Positions 28,067 through 38,538 are shown, counted from the first letter of the stretch. The stretch is 50,928 nt of DNA from Bacilli bacterium (GCA_045114745.1 JBGULD010000042.1:1-50928), one strand, 5' to 3'. Numbers and translations: made by a program. Notes: a model not told the origin generated them from the sequence alone.

Positions 28067-29050
28067 ATGAAAAAGAAAATCCTTACTCTCTTACCAATCC
28101 TCTGTATCCCACTAGCGATGTCATTAACAGCATGTGGTAACAAAACCAAAATCGGCATTTTACAGTTCGATGAATTCGATGCTCTAGATGCCGCAAGAAA
28201 AGGTTTTGAAGACGGCCTCAAACAAGGAGGTTTCAAAAACTTCACCATCGATTATAAAAATGGCGGTGGTCAAGATGCTGACTTACAGTTATACGCAAAA
28301 GATTTAGTGGATACTTGCGCATTGACATTAGGTATTGCCACTCCTGCAGCAAAAGCACTTAAAGGTGCTTCCGACAATGCTGGGTATGAAAAACCAATTC
28401 TATATACAGCAGTTACCGATCCTGTTGATGCTGGTTTAATCAGTAGTAAAGATAATCCATCTGGATATATTTGTGGAACAAGTGATGCTAATCCAGTAGA
28501 AGAACAAATTGGTTTAGTTAAAGAATTCAAACCTAGTGCGCAAAAGGTTGGCATTTTGTATACACAAAAAGAAACAAACTCCGAAGTTCAAGCCAAACAA
28601 GCTAAAGCAGCAATTGAAAAAGCTGGTATGACCGCAGTTGTCAAAACATGCTTGAATGAAAGTGATATTAAAACCACGGCTGAAGATTTAATGTCTCAAA
28701 GTATCGATGCGATTTATTTACCAACCGATAATAATATCGCCAAGAACATTAACTCAGTCAAAGAAGCTGCTTCTAGCAAACAAGTTCTCATCGTTTGCGG
28801 TGAAGAAGGTATGCTTAAAAATGGCGGACACGTGACTTTGTCAATCGATTATTATAGCTTAGGTGTCACTACTGGTAAGATGGCGGCACAAATTCTTAAT
28901 AATGAAAAGAAGCCAACCGACTTCCCAGATCAACCAGTTGCCGCCAAAGATTGCTCATACGTTTATAGCAGTGTTAATCTTGCAAGTGCTGGTTTAACGA
29001 TGCCAGAAGCTATGCTTTCTGCTCATAATTGGAAAGATATTAACGCATAA
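28067..29050 (+). CDS. ABC importer substrate-binding lipoprotein, TrpX/tyrosine-binding type
   Basis: Lipobox LTAC, IGILQ..ALD.AR.GF, IATPAA, TAVTDP, GTSD, PTDN, SIDYY.LG..TG.MA; start set to ATG 28067 behind the SD. Confidence 0.9.
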   Translation: MKKKILTLLPILCIPLAMSLTACGNKTKIGILQFDEFDALDAARKGFEDGLKQGGFKNFTIDYKNGGGQDADLQLYAKDLVDTCALTLGIATPAAKALKGASDNAGYEKPILYTAVTDPVDAGLISSKDNPSGYICGTSDANPVEEQIGLVKEFKPSAQKVGILYTQKETNSEVQAKQAKAAIEKAGMTAVVKTCLNESDIKTTAEDLMSQSIDAIYLPTDNNIAKNINSVKEAASSKQVLIVCGEEGMLKNGGHVTLSIDYYSLGVTTGKMAAQILNNEKKPTDFPDQPVAAKDCSYVYSSVNLASAGLTMPEAMLSAHNWKDINA

Positions 29051-29053
29051 TAT

Positions 29054-30025
29054 ATGGATTTTCTAAACATCTTATTCAACATTCTTACAAGCGGACTACC
29101 CTGTTGCTTAATTGCTATCGGGGTTTTCCTCACGTTTAGATTGCTCGACTTTGCGGACATGACTGCGGAGGGAAGTTTCCTTTTATCCGCGTCTTTGACT
29201 GCGGCTTGTATCTATATCGGAATTAATCCATTCCTCGCGACATTTTTAGGAATGCTAATAGGTGCCGCTTGTGGATTTGTAACTGGATGTTTAAATAGAT
29301 TATTAAAAATACCAAAGTTATTAAGTGGAATCATTACATTAACCGCTTCCGCTTCATTAGCTTTATTGGTGATGGGTATTTCTTCATCCAAAGATTTATT
29401 TATTAGTCAAATACCTCTTTCGTTAAATACACATCAAACCATCTATTCAATTTTTTACCCGAAAACTAATCCTCTTTCTCCGTTCCCATTAAATAAACTA
29501 ATTGAATCATTAGTCATGATGGTCGCAGTATCTATTACCATTATTGCTGTCTATTATTTCTTCGGAACAGAATATGGAATGGCTATCAGGGCGACTGGTA
29601 TGAATGAAAAGATGGCGAGAAGCCAAGGCATTAATACAAATGTCGCTTGTGTAACTTGCGTCTCTATTTCTAATGCCTTAATTGGTTTGGGTGGTGCCTT
29701 ATATGTTCAAGATACACTAAGTGTGGGTGCGGGTAATGCTGCTGGATATTTAGTTATCGGATTAGCGTCTATTCTCATTGGCGAAGCCATCTTTGGTAAA
29801 CGATCATTTAAGAACTGGTTAATCTCAGTAGCGTTAGGCGCGATATTATATTTCGCAATCATCACCATCGCTATTAAGTTAGGCTTACCAACTCAATTAA
29901 AGAGCTTGCTATACGCCATTCTCATTACTTTTGCGTTATGTATTCCATTAATTAAAAACGGCATTAGTAATTCCTTCAAACGCATCAAATTATTCTTTGT
30001 TAGTAATATAGGAGGAAGAAACTAA
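29054..30025 (+). CDS. ABC importer permease
   Basis: TFRLLDFADMTAEGSF, GMAIRATG.N, GLASILIGE. Confidence 0.92.
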   Translation: MDFLNILFNILTSGLPCCLIAIGVFLTFRLLDFADMTAEGSFLLSASLTAACIYIGINPFLATFLGMLIGAACGFVTGCLNRLLKIPKLLSGIITLTASASLALLVMGISSSKDLFISQIPLSLNTHQTIYSIFYPKTNPLSPFPLNKLIESLVMMVAVSITIIAVYYFFGTEYGMAIRATGMNEKMARSQGINTNVACVTCVSISNALIGLGGALYVQDTLSVGAGNAAGYLVIGLASILIGEAIFGKRSFKNWLISVALGAILYFAIITIAIKLGLPTQLKSLLYAILITFALCIPLIKNGISNSFKRIKLFFVSNIGGRN

Positions 30026-30026
30026 T

Positions 30027-31037
30027 ATGTTAGAACTTAGAAATGTTACAAAGAGTTTCAACCTCACTGGCAATAAAGAAGACCAAAGAACCGCTTTAGA
30101 CCATATCAATTTACAAATTGAGTCTGGCGAATTTGTCACCATCATCGGTGGTAATGGTTCTGGTAAGAGCACCACTATTAATATTGTTTCGGGTGCCGTA
30201 AAACCAGATTCTGGACAAGTCTTATTAAATGATGTCGATGTCACCAATATGGATGAACACAAAAGAGCGTCCTATTTTGGCCACGTCTTCCAAGATCCTA
30301 TGGTGGGCACTTCTGGAGATATGTCAGTTTTAGAAAATCTTGAGATTGCCTATCGCAGAGGCAGAGTCCATTCCCCTATTGCTTGGGGTTTTAAGAAATC
30401 GCATAAACAAGAATTTATAAAAGAACTCAAAAGATTTGATTTGGGTCTAGAAGATAGATTAAACCAAAAAGTTGGTGTCATGTCTGGTGGGCAAAGACAA
30501 GCCCTCACTCTTTTGATGGCGACGATTAGAAACAAGCCAACTCATAAGATGGTCAAGCGTGACTACATCACATTCTCAGAAAAAGACCACGATGTCGCAA
30601 AGAAAGAATTTGAGGATGTCTATAACCCTGCACTATTAGAATTCAAGCAAAAGAAAAAAGAGATTAAAAAGAATGCAAATTTAAGCCGAAAAGAGAAAAA
30701 AGAGGCCATAAATGCAGCGTATTTGGCCTTTGATAACAAAATTCGACAATTTGATTTAACCAAACAAATTCTTCTCTTAGATGAGCATACAGCGGCCTTA
30801 GATCCAAAGACAGCAAGAAAGGTTTTGGAACTCACTGACAAGATTGTTAAAGAGAACCAAATGACAACCTTAATGGTCACCCATAACATGAAAGATGCGA
30901 TTACTTATGGTAACCGCTTAATCATGTTTCATCTCGGTCACATTATCTATGATGTGAGAGGGGAAGAAAAACAAAAACTGACTGTCGAAGATTTATTAAG
31001 AAAATTTGATGAAGCAGATAAAAAGACGGAAGAATAA
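30027..31037 (+). CDS. ABC importer ATP-binding protein with an internal insertion
   Basis: GGNGSGKS, VFQDP, MSGGQRQAL, LLLDEHTAALDP, VTHN. Confidence 0.92.
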   Translation: MLELRNVTKSFNLTGNKEDQRTALDHINLQIESGEFVTIIGGNGSGKSTTINIVSGAVKPDSGQVLLNDVDVTNMDEHKRASYFGHVFQDPMVGTSGDMSVLENLEIAYRRGRVHSPIAWGFKKSHKQEFIKELKRFDLGLEDRLNQKVGVMSGGQRQALTLLMATIRNKPTHKMVKRDYITFSEKDHDVAKKEFEDVYNPALLEFKQKKKEIKKNANLSRKEKKEAINAAYLAFDNKIRQFDLTKQILLLDEHTAALDPKTARKVLELTDKIVKENQMTTLMVTHNMKDAITYGNRLIMFHLGHIIYDVRGEEKQKLTVEDLLRKFDEADKKTEE

Positions 31038-31058
31038 TTCAACCGTCTTTTTTGTTTG
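31020..31058. terminator. Bidirectional terminator
   Basis: aaaagacgg...ccgtctttt spanning the ATPase stop codon. Confidence 0.7.
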
Positions 31059-34000
31059 TTATGGTTCAGGGGTAATTTTCATAACCCTAATTGTAACGCC
31101 ATGATCTGTTACATATATTTCATAGCGATATTCTGATGTTTGTTTATAGAACAAGGCTGGATCCCATTCTTCATTAGTGTATGTGGAATCGTTTTGTAAG
31201 ATTGTACGTAGATTATCTAATTCAGTTGATTCAACATTATTAAGTTCAATTGTTACATCTTCACTATAGACATAGAAGAAAGCACGTTCATAGGTGAGAG
31301 TAACATCAACCGATAAGAAGTTAACGCCATTATATCCTTTGCTGATCAAGAAAGCTTGGATGTCGGAGAAATTAGCGGTGTAGTTTGTTCTATAAGAATA
31401 GTCATTTACTCTCACATAATAGCAATCAACATTAATACTAATGGAAACCGCTATTTCAGTTGAATCTTTTTGATAATGCAAATAAACACCCTGTTCACTT
31501 TGATCTTGGATTTTGTATCCTAAGGCCACAAATTTAGCTATATAATTTTCTATATTAACGCTCTTCTTGAGATAGAAGTTAAAGTAATCACTACCGCTAT
31601 TGTCATCATAACAGAAGAGATTGCCGCTTTCCTCTGGCATAGGAATTAATTCATGTAGATAGAAGTAAATGTTATCTAAGTTCGCCGCAGGTGTTGGATA
31701 ACTTGTCCAATTAAACTCTTTATAAGAGAATGTGATGCTGTGCTCGCCATCATTATCTCTAACCTGACAATAAACAGAATAGTTATCATCAACATAGACA
31801 TATGAACCATCTTTAAGGGTATAACCCTTGCTCACAAGAGCAGCTTTAAAGTCAGTTAATGAATATCCATCTTTAAAATCAATATAAAGATTTTCAGGAG
31901 ATGAACCACCATTAGCAAATGCAATATCACTACTGCCATAGGTTGGAAGAGCATTAATGAAACTACTTGGTGAAGATATGGCAAATTCACTTACAAGGTC
32001 ACTAAATGTTTTGTAATAGTTCAAATTAACATTGAAACGATAGATTGTATAACCTAAACCACCATAGTATTCATATGGAGAAATGCCATACATATCATCG
32101 ACATAAACGGTATATAAATCATTACCAACGACCTTACGATATGAACGTTCTTCTGGGTGTTCAAATCCATTGGCAATAAGATTTTCGGTAAAGGTCGCAT
32201 TATCAAATTCATCGCTAACAATAACTGTGAAATCATTTGGTTTAACAAATAATGCTTCCTCACCACTATGTGGGAAGTTAGCGAAGTTCGCTTCAAGTCC
32301 ACTCAAGTTAGCCGCGGCATAAGGAACGAAATCGATGAATTGATAATAAGACTCAAAACGATATTCGAATTGATAATATCTAGCACCATAATCATTTGTT
32401 CTTTCAGCATATGTGTTAACAAGAGCATATTCGTCGCCATCAACAACCTTGCTATATTTATTAGCAAATCTGGAATACGCAAATCCATTCGTAGTCAGTG
32501 CACTCTTTAAGGAAGTTGAATATGTATTTCTATTATTTCCATAAATCGAAACACTTAATTCAGATCTATCAACTTTGTAAATCTTTTCACCGTTAGATTC
32601 TGGGAGCAAAACTCTGGAAGCCAAATATGCTGCATATAAATCAGGTTCATCTGTTTCGAGATAATCAAATCTTTCCATGAATCCTTGTCTTAATTCTTCA
32701 TTTGCATCTGTTGAATCCAATAATGCATCGCTTGAATAAATATAAACCACTAAAGGTTCCACTCTCACGCCGCCAGAAACAAGATTTGCTCTAATAGCAA
32801 AATATCCATCGCCTTCGTGTTCTGTTTCAAAGACATAGGCATCATAATAGGCATTATAAACACCATCTTGAAGGAGTTCATCAATATAGCCTTGTCCAAG
32901 ACCACTGATAAAGATGCCGTTGCCTTCTTTATAGCCATATTTCATAATTTTGTATTTATGATCACCAGTTATTGTTGGATAAGTGTGTTCTGTCATTAAA
33001 TGGTCAGAAGCAAAATTAGACAAAGCTTCGTTAAATGATTCATATGAATCACCTTGGCTGCTACTCATAAAATACATTGAGAATTGGCCTTTTGAAGCGA
33101 GATTTTCGTATGAAATATGAAGTGTATATTGCTCAAACACACCGCCGGAAACAAGATATTGATATTCGCCTGATTCGCTAGCGGTAAATCCATTAGCTTC
33201 TAATGTGACAAGATAAGCATCCAAATCAGATTTTGTCGCTTCATAAACATAAACGACGCCATAATCGAAGGAGAATTGTCCAGCACCAGCATAAGGAATA
33301 ACTGATGAACCAGGTTCTAACCCTAGATAATTATTAACTTGTTCAGTTGGGAATGTAGCGCTTAGTATTCTTTCCATTAACATAATGGAAAAGAAACCAA
33401 TATCTTTTGCATAGGAAACACTGATTCTGCGCAAACCATCAGTAACTGAATAGTCAAACTCAGTAATATCGCCACTTACAGGAAGAGGAGTAGGATTTGT
33501 GGTATAGAATGAATACGCCGGATTCTCGCTGACGATTAAACTTAAAGCATTGACTGCGTTTTGACATAGTTCAAGAATGCTGTCTGTATAATCAGATACT
33601 AAAATCGATACTGTTCGATCGTTAGGAGAAGACATTGCACTACAAGCATAAGTGGCATTCGTTCCTTTAATTTGATATTTGCTTTGGTTAACAAATGAAG
33701 CAAAGGAACTAGATAAATTCTCAGCAACATATTCACTCGGCCAATCATTATAAGAATCAATCCAAGCAAGACTGGTAGACACACCTATTTGATAAAGCTT
33801 TAAGTCATCATTTAATAGATTAAGAGCAACTGTCTTTACGGTGTCTTCGACTTTCTTTTGATAGTAAATCATTTCCACATCACCAACAGAAACAACGTAA
33901 TAATGACTAAATCCCGCATTTATAAGGGCTGTTTTATAAGCGTTTTGTTTAGCTTCGGTTAAGAAAGCACCAAAAATAGAAGAATCATACATTGGATAAT

Positions 34001-34715
34001 AACTACCATTACCGACAAATGGAATTACTTCCCCAATCGCGGTAATACAAGCAGCTTTTTCATTGGCTTTCCAATCGTTATAATAACCAATCTCATCCAC
34101 TTCTGCGGCTTGAGCTACACAATAAGTTGAATAAGAGAGTTCTTTAAGTGTTAAGTCTTCGCTGGCATAAAGAACACCTAGAACATAACGACAATTTACT
34201 ATTGCATTAAAATCGTGATCAGTTAATTGAATTACTAAATCATTTGATTGTTCGACTTGTTGAACCGCAGCCACTAAATCTTTATATTTTCCAGCGGCAA
34301 TATCATCAAGATTTAACATGAAATAAGAGAAATATGCCGCCATAGAAACGGAATAATCTGCACCACCTTCGTTTGCAAAATTAAAAGCGATACCAGAAAA
34401 TCCAACATTGATTGGGTCAACAGTTAAGAAGATAGCACGCGTATTCTTTTTAATTGTTAATTTGCCATCAACTTTATCAAAACCAATAAACTTGGTGTTA
34501 ATAGAAACGCCATTATTAGATAATGCTACAGCGTAGTAATCACCGGCATCACTAGTAACAGGAGTGTCCTCATCAATAACAAACGTATTTGATGGGCGGT
34601 CCTCCCTATTAACTGAAAAGTGATTATTTGTTTTGCCTATTGCCGCTATCGCTAAAGAAATGGCAACGGTCACTGTGGCTAATCCACAAAATAATCCTAG
34701 AAATCTTTTTTTCAT
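31059..34715 (-). CDS. Large secreted/surface hypothetical protein with degenerate internal repeats
   Basis: N-terminal signal sequence; recurring (Y/F)..aL..nG(F/Y) motif; acidic and Tyr-rich. Confidence 0.8.
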   Translation of the reverse strand: MKKRFLGLFCGLATVTVAISLAIAAIGKTNNHFSVNREDRPSNTFVIDEDTPVTSDAGDYYAVALSNNGVSINTKFIGFDKVDGKLTIKKNTRAIFLTVDPINVGFSGIAFNFANEGGADYSVSMAAYFSYFMLNLDDIAAGKYKDLVAAVQQVEQSNDLVIQLTDHDFNAIVNCRYVLGVLYASEDLTLKELSYSTYCVAQAAEVDEIGYYNDWKANEKAACITAIGEVIPFVGNGSYYPMYDSSIFGAFLTEAKQNAYKTALINAGFSHYYVVSVGDVEMIYYQKKVEDTVKTVALNLLNDDLKLYQIGVSTSLAWIDSYNDWPSEYVAENLSSSFASFVNQSKYQIKGTNATYACSAMSSPNDRTVSILVSDYTDSILELCQNAVNALSLIVSENPAYSFYTTNPTPLPVSGDITEFDYSVTDGLRRISVSYAKDIGFFSIMLMERILSATFPTEQVNNYLGLEPGSSVIPYAGAGQFSFDYGVVYVYEATKSDLDAYLVTLEANGFTASESGEYQYLVSGGVFEQYTLHISYENLASKGQFSMYFMSSSQGDSYESFNEALSNFASDHLMTEHTYPTITGDHKYKIMKYGYKEGNGIFISGLGQGYIDELLQDGVYNAYYDAYVFETEHEGDGYFAIRANLVSGGVRVEPLVVYIYSSDALLDSTDANEELRQGFMERFDYLETDEPDLYAAYLASRVLLPESNGEKIYKVDRSELSVSIYGNNRNTYSTSLKSALTTNGFAYSRFANKYSKVVDGDEYALVNTYAERTNDYGARYYQFEYRFESYYQFIDFVPYAAANLSGLEANFANFPHSGEEALFVKPNDFTVIVSDEFDNATFTENLIANGFEHPEERSYRKVVGNDLYTVYVDDMYGISPYEYYGGLGYTIYRFNVNLNYYKTFSDLVSEFAISSPSSFINALPTYGSSDIAFANGGSSPENLYIDFKDGYSLTDFKAALVSKGYTLKDGSYVYVDDNYSVYCQVRDNDGEHSITFSYKEFNWTSYPTPAANLDNIYFYLHELIPMPEESGNLFCYDDNSGSDYFNFYLKKSVNIENYIAKFVALGYKIQDQSEQGVYLHYQKDSTEIAVSISINVDCYYVRVNDYSYRTNYTANFSDIQAFLISKGYNGVNFLSVDVTLTYERAFFYVYSEDVTIELNNVESTELDNLRTILQNDSTYTNEEWDPALFYKQTSEYRYEIYVTDHGVTIRVMKITPEP

Positions 34716-34790
34716 AAAACATACCCCTTTATCATTTCCATTATAATTAACATTTTTTCTTTTTTATATAGAAAAGAATGACCGTTATTA

Positions 34791-34946
34791 TTAATCATCC
34801 TTTTTCTTTTCTTTTTTTGTCGGTTTCTTACTAGTAGAACCACTTCTTCCCATAATAAGAACCATGACGAATATACCCACTCCGATTAATAGAGCGAAGC
34901 CCATGACGATATCGATGACTAACCAAATAATTTGTTCAGCAGACAT
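34791..34946 (-). CDS. Small single-pass membrane protein, 51 aa (absent from the ORF track)
   Basis: MSAEQIIWLVIDIVMGFALLIGVGIFVMVLIMGRSGSTSKKPTKKEKKKDD*: one TM helix and a Lys-rich tail, filling the intergenic gap. Confidence 0.75.
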   Translation of the reverse strand: MSAEQIIWLVIDIVMGFALLIGVGIFVMVLIMGRSGSTSKKPTKKEKKKDD

Positions 34947-35026
34947 ATCACTATTATTGTAATCCTTATATAAATTTTTAAAAAAATATATTTTTTATGT
35001 TTTGTGTTTGATATTATATTTTCAAT

Positions 35027-35506
35027 ATGATTAAGAGTAACATTTCCTGGGATGAATATTTCATGGGCATCGCTCTACTCTCCGGCATGCGCAGCAAGGA
35101 TCCCAACACTAAAGTAGGAGCGTGTATTGTTGATGAGAACAACAAAGTTGTTTCTATTGGTTATAATGGTATGCCATCCGGTTGTGATGAAAGCCAATTA
35201 TCATGGAACAAAGGCACAGGTTTAGATAGCAAATATTTATATGTTTGCCATGCTGAATTTAACGCTATTCTCAATACTAGAAATGGAACATCCGCATTAA
35301 AGGGTTGCACATTATATGTGACATTATTCCCATGCAACGAATGTACCAAAGCTATTATCCAAACTGGAATTAAAGAAGTTGTTTATATTTCTAATAAATA
35401 TGAACACACTACTGAAACACAAGCTTCTTTAAGAATGCTTATGCTCGCGGGTATTAAAATCCGTCATTACGAAGGAAGAATTCCGGAAATTAATTATGAT
35501 CGTTAA
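35027..35506 (+). CDS. dCMP deaminase family protein
   Basis: WDEYFM, RSKDP.TKVGA, GYNG, HAE.NA, PC..C. Confidence 0.93.
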   Translation: MIKSNISWDEYFMGIALLSGMRSKDPNTKVGACIVDENNKVVSIGYNGMPSGCDESQLSWNKGTGLDSKYLYVCHAEFNAILNTRNGTSALKGCTLYVTLFPCNECTKAIIQTGIKEVVYISNKYEHTTETQASLRMLMLAGIKIRHYEGRIPEINYDR

Positions 35507-36287
35507 AGAATACGTCAAACAAAGAAAAGAAGAAATCAAAGAACTTGTTTTGAAGATGGAAAGAAAACCATCTATCGCTATCGTGCAAGTTAACGAAGAT
35601 GCTGGTAGTAATGCCTATGTTAAAGGCAAATTAAAAGATGCTGCTGAATTAGGTATTGATGCAGAATTAATCAAATTACCTTTGGATACTTCAGAAGAAG
35701 AATTACTAAAAGTAATCGATAGATTGAATAACGATGACATTCACGATGGTTTCATCGTTCAAATGCCACTTCCTAAACAAATCAACGAAGATAAAATCAA
35801 ACTCGCGGTTTCTCCAAAGAAAGATGTCGATGGTTTCCATCCACTATCACCATTATCTCCATGCACTCCAAAAGGAATTATGAACTATCTCCATTCTGAA
35901 GGTATTCAAATCCTTGGTAGGAACGCTGTAGTCATTGGTAGAAGTAATATTGTTGGAAAGCCAATGGCGAAACTCTTATTAAAAGAAAGCGCTAACGTTA
36001 CTGTTCTTCATAGCAAAACAACATTCGAAGATATGTCGAGATATATCGCTAATGCTGATATCATCGTCATCGCAATCGGAAGACAACATTTCTTGAATAA
36101 CAAATTCACCTATAAACCAAATGCTGTTATCATCGATGTTGGAATATCAAGAGACGAAACCGGTTTACACGGAGACGCCCTTCCAGAATTACCAGTCAAA
36201 CTCCAAACTCCCGTTCCTGGCGGAGTAGGACTATTGACTAGATTAGCACTCTACGAAAATCTCTTAGAAATCGTTAATAATAAGTAA
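35496..36287 (+). CDS. folD: Methylenetetrahydrofolate dehydrogenase/cyclohydrolase
   Basis: YVKGK, VQMPLP, KDVDG, PCTP, GRSNIVGKP, IDVGI, TPVPGGVG. Confidence 0.95.
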   Translation: MIVKEYVKQRKEEIKELVLKMERKPSIAIVQVNEDAGSNAYVKGKLKDAAELGIDAELIKLPLDTSEEELLKVIDRLNNDDIHDGFIVQMPLPKQINEDKIKLAVSPKKDVDGFHPLSPLSPCTPKGIMNYLHSEGIQILGRNAVVIGRSNIVGKPMAKLLLKESANVTVLHSKTTFEDMSRYIANADIIVIAIGRQHFLNNKFTYKPNAVIIDVGISRDETGLHGDALPELPVKLQTPVPGGVGLLTRLALYENLLEIVNNK

Positions 36288-36334
36288 AAATCCGAGCAAA
36301 ACCCGGATTTTTTCTATAATTTAGTGATATTTTG

Positions 36335-37483
36335 TTATTTCTTAACTTCTTCAAACTTTTCCCTCATCGTGGGATTGTTTTTTGTTAAAGACTTGATGGT
36401 AAGGGCTTGGGCTTTATCGTTTGCCAAGCGGAGATTATTCTCACTACCGACAAGGGATTCTCTAACTTTTTGAAGATGGGTGATAGTCTTATCAATTTCT
36501 TCAATCGCAGTTTTGAACTTATCGCTTGCTAAATTGAAGTTACGATCAAACTTCATCTTGAAATCATCAAGGTCTTCTTCGAAATGAGTAATATCAAGAT
36601 TTTGCTCTTTGACCACCATAAGTTCATTTTTATATTCCGCAGATTTAAGCGCGGCATTTCTTAATAACGTAATAATAGGAATGAAGCATTGAGGTCTCAC
36701 GACGTACATCTTTGGATATTTATAAGAAACATCAACGATACCAGCGTTATATAATTCACTCTCTGGTTCAAGCATAGAAACCAAGACTGCATATTCACAA
36801 CCCTTTTCATTTCTATCTTTATCGAGTTCTTTGAAAAAGTCCTCATTCTTGTGTTTGGTTGCGGTTTCATCATTTTCGTTTTTCATCTCAAACATGATGG
36901 AAATGAGCTCCGCACCTTTTTCTGTATTTTCTCTGAAAATAAAGTCACCTTTAGAACCAGTTCTGGCATCATTATCTTTTTCAAAATAAGCAGTTGGGAA
37001 AGCAGTCATTCTGATTTGGTTAAATTGAGTTAAGCAATGTTGTTCTAAAGTTTCACCGACAAGTTTTGTGGACATCCTCGCTTTTAAATCTTTATAAAAA
37101 GCAATTTCAGAATCCTTTTGCTTAATAAGATCTTTTTCCGCATTCTTTTGCGCTAATAAATCATTGTTCAATTTATCAATCTCGCGGTCTTTTTCATTAA
37201 CGGCTTTTTGAATATCGAGTTTCGCTTCCGCTTCTTTGATTTTGAGTTCACCTTTTAAAGAATTGATTTCTTCTTTTAATTTGTGAATCTCTTCAGACTT
37301 AGAGTTATTTGCGTTTTGTACTGCTAGCTGTTTGTCTTTTTCGCTTTTCTCGCGTTCATCAGAAAGGCGTTTTTGTAAAGCTCTTTCAAATTCAGCATCT
37401 CTTACTTGTTGAACGATAGATGCATATTCGCTTTCATCGATTGTAAATACTGATCCACATTTTGGACATTTAATTTCCGCCAT
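36335..37483 (-). CDS. DUF2130 coiled-coil protein
   Basis: [41 protein letters not shown]-like [11 protein letters not shown]. Confidence 0.85.
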   Translation of the reverse strand: MAEIKCPKCGSVFTIDESEYASIVQQVRDAEFERALQKRLSDEREKSEKDKQLAVQNANNSKSEEIHKLKEEINSLKGELKIKEAEAKLDIQKAVNEKDREIDKLNNDLLAQKNAEKDLIKQKDSEIAFYKDLKARMSTKLVGETLEQHCLTQFNQIRMTAFPTAYFEKDNDARTGSKGDFIFRENTEKGAELISIMFEMKNENDETATKHKNEDFFKELDKDRNEKGCEYAVLVSMLEPESELYNAGIVDVSYKYPKMYVVRPQCFIPIITLLRNAALKSAEYKNELMVVKEQNLDITHFEEDLDDFKMKFDRNFNLASDKFKTAIEEIDKTITHLQKVRESLVGSENNLRLANDKAQALTIKSLTKNNPTMREKFEEVKK

Positions 37484-37494
37484 AAATCCACCTC

Positions 37495-37716
37495 TTATCT
37501 AAAAAAGATATCATCCTCATCTATACCGGTAATAATCGCTGGGCATTCACCACCGATTTGAATATCATAAACGATGTTACTATTATCATCAAAATAGATG
37601 TCATTAATAAAACCGGGGGCAACGTCATCACGGTGTTTAAAATTCACTTTGTCGCCGACTTTAAATTTTCCAGTAGTAATCGTAGCTTTTTTCTTCTTTT
37701 TCTTAAAGAAACACAT
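37495..37716 (-). CDS. Small hypothetical protein (possible SH3-like fold)
   Basis: KFKVGDKV motif; ends 11 nt before the DUF2130 gene on the same strand. Confidence 0.65.
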   Translation of the reverse strand: MCFFKKKKKKATITTGKFKVGDKVNFKHRDDVAPGFINDIYFDDNSNIVYDIQIGGECPAIITGIDEDDIFFR

Positions 37717-37803
37717 ATCAATATTCCGGTAATTTATTTTAGCATCTTTTATATGTATTTTTTAATGGTTTATGTATAATAATTTTTGAAAGGAGAATTA
37801 CAT

Positions 37804-38439
37804 ATGCAATTTGTTAAAGAACGTTTAGGAAAATGGATTCAAGCCGCGATTATTTTGGTGGTTGGTATTTTATGTATCGTTGCCGGTGCCGCTTTAGGTG
37901 GAAACGATCCACAAACAGCTGCTGATTCTTTAGATGCCATTTCAATGGTCCTCGGAATCATTCTCATAGTTGTCGGTTCATTATCATTGATTCTTGCTAT
38001 TCTTGCCGGTGTCTTAGCCAAAACAGGCTTTGCTGGTATTGCCATTCCTGGTGCCGTCTTATTAGCGTTAGGCATTAGCATGGTTATTTTGAAATATGCT
38101 TATGGTTTCATTGATTTATTATTGAAGGTCATTCCATATTTATTACTTGCTGTTGGTGCAGTGGTTCTTGCTGATGCTATTTTTGTGTTTGTTTTAGCAG
38201 CCAGAAAGAAAGAAGCAAAGAAAGCCCTAGTTGGTTTTATCGTTGCTTTAGTCATCGCGATTGCCGCCATCGTTTTAGGTGCTTTATGTATCGGAAGCGA
38301 ACCAGTTATTAAATATGGCGTTCAATTAATTGTTTTCGGCATCATCGTTTGCTTAATCGCCTGCTTAATGGTTTTATTAACATTCATTAAATTACCAGAC
38401 GCAGTCATTATTGTCAGCGAAGAAAAGAAAGCCGAATAG
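37804..38439 (+). CDS. Hypothetical membrane protein (about 6 TM)
   Basis: Hydrophobic; ATG 37804 behind AAGGAG; terminator at about 38462-38490. Confidence 0.75.
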   Translation: MQFVKERLGKWIQAAIILVVGILCIVAGAALGGNDPQTAADSLDAISMVLGIILIVVGSLSLILAILAGVLAKTGFAGIAIPGAVLLALGISMVILKYAYGFIDLLLKVIPYLLLAVGAVVLADAIFVFVLAARKKEAKKALVGFIVALVIAIAAIVLGALCIGSEPVIKYGVQLIVFGIIVCLIACLMVLLTFIKLPDAVIIVSEEKKAE

Positions 38440-38538
38440 TTGCTTAATAACTATCAAATATAGTCCCATCCAAAAAATGGGACTTTTTTGTTATTTTTTA
38501 TTTGAATCTAAAAAGAAAAATAATTATATTATTTGTAT

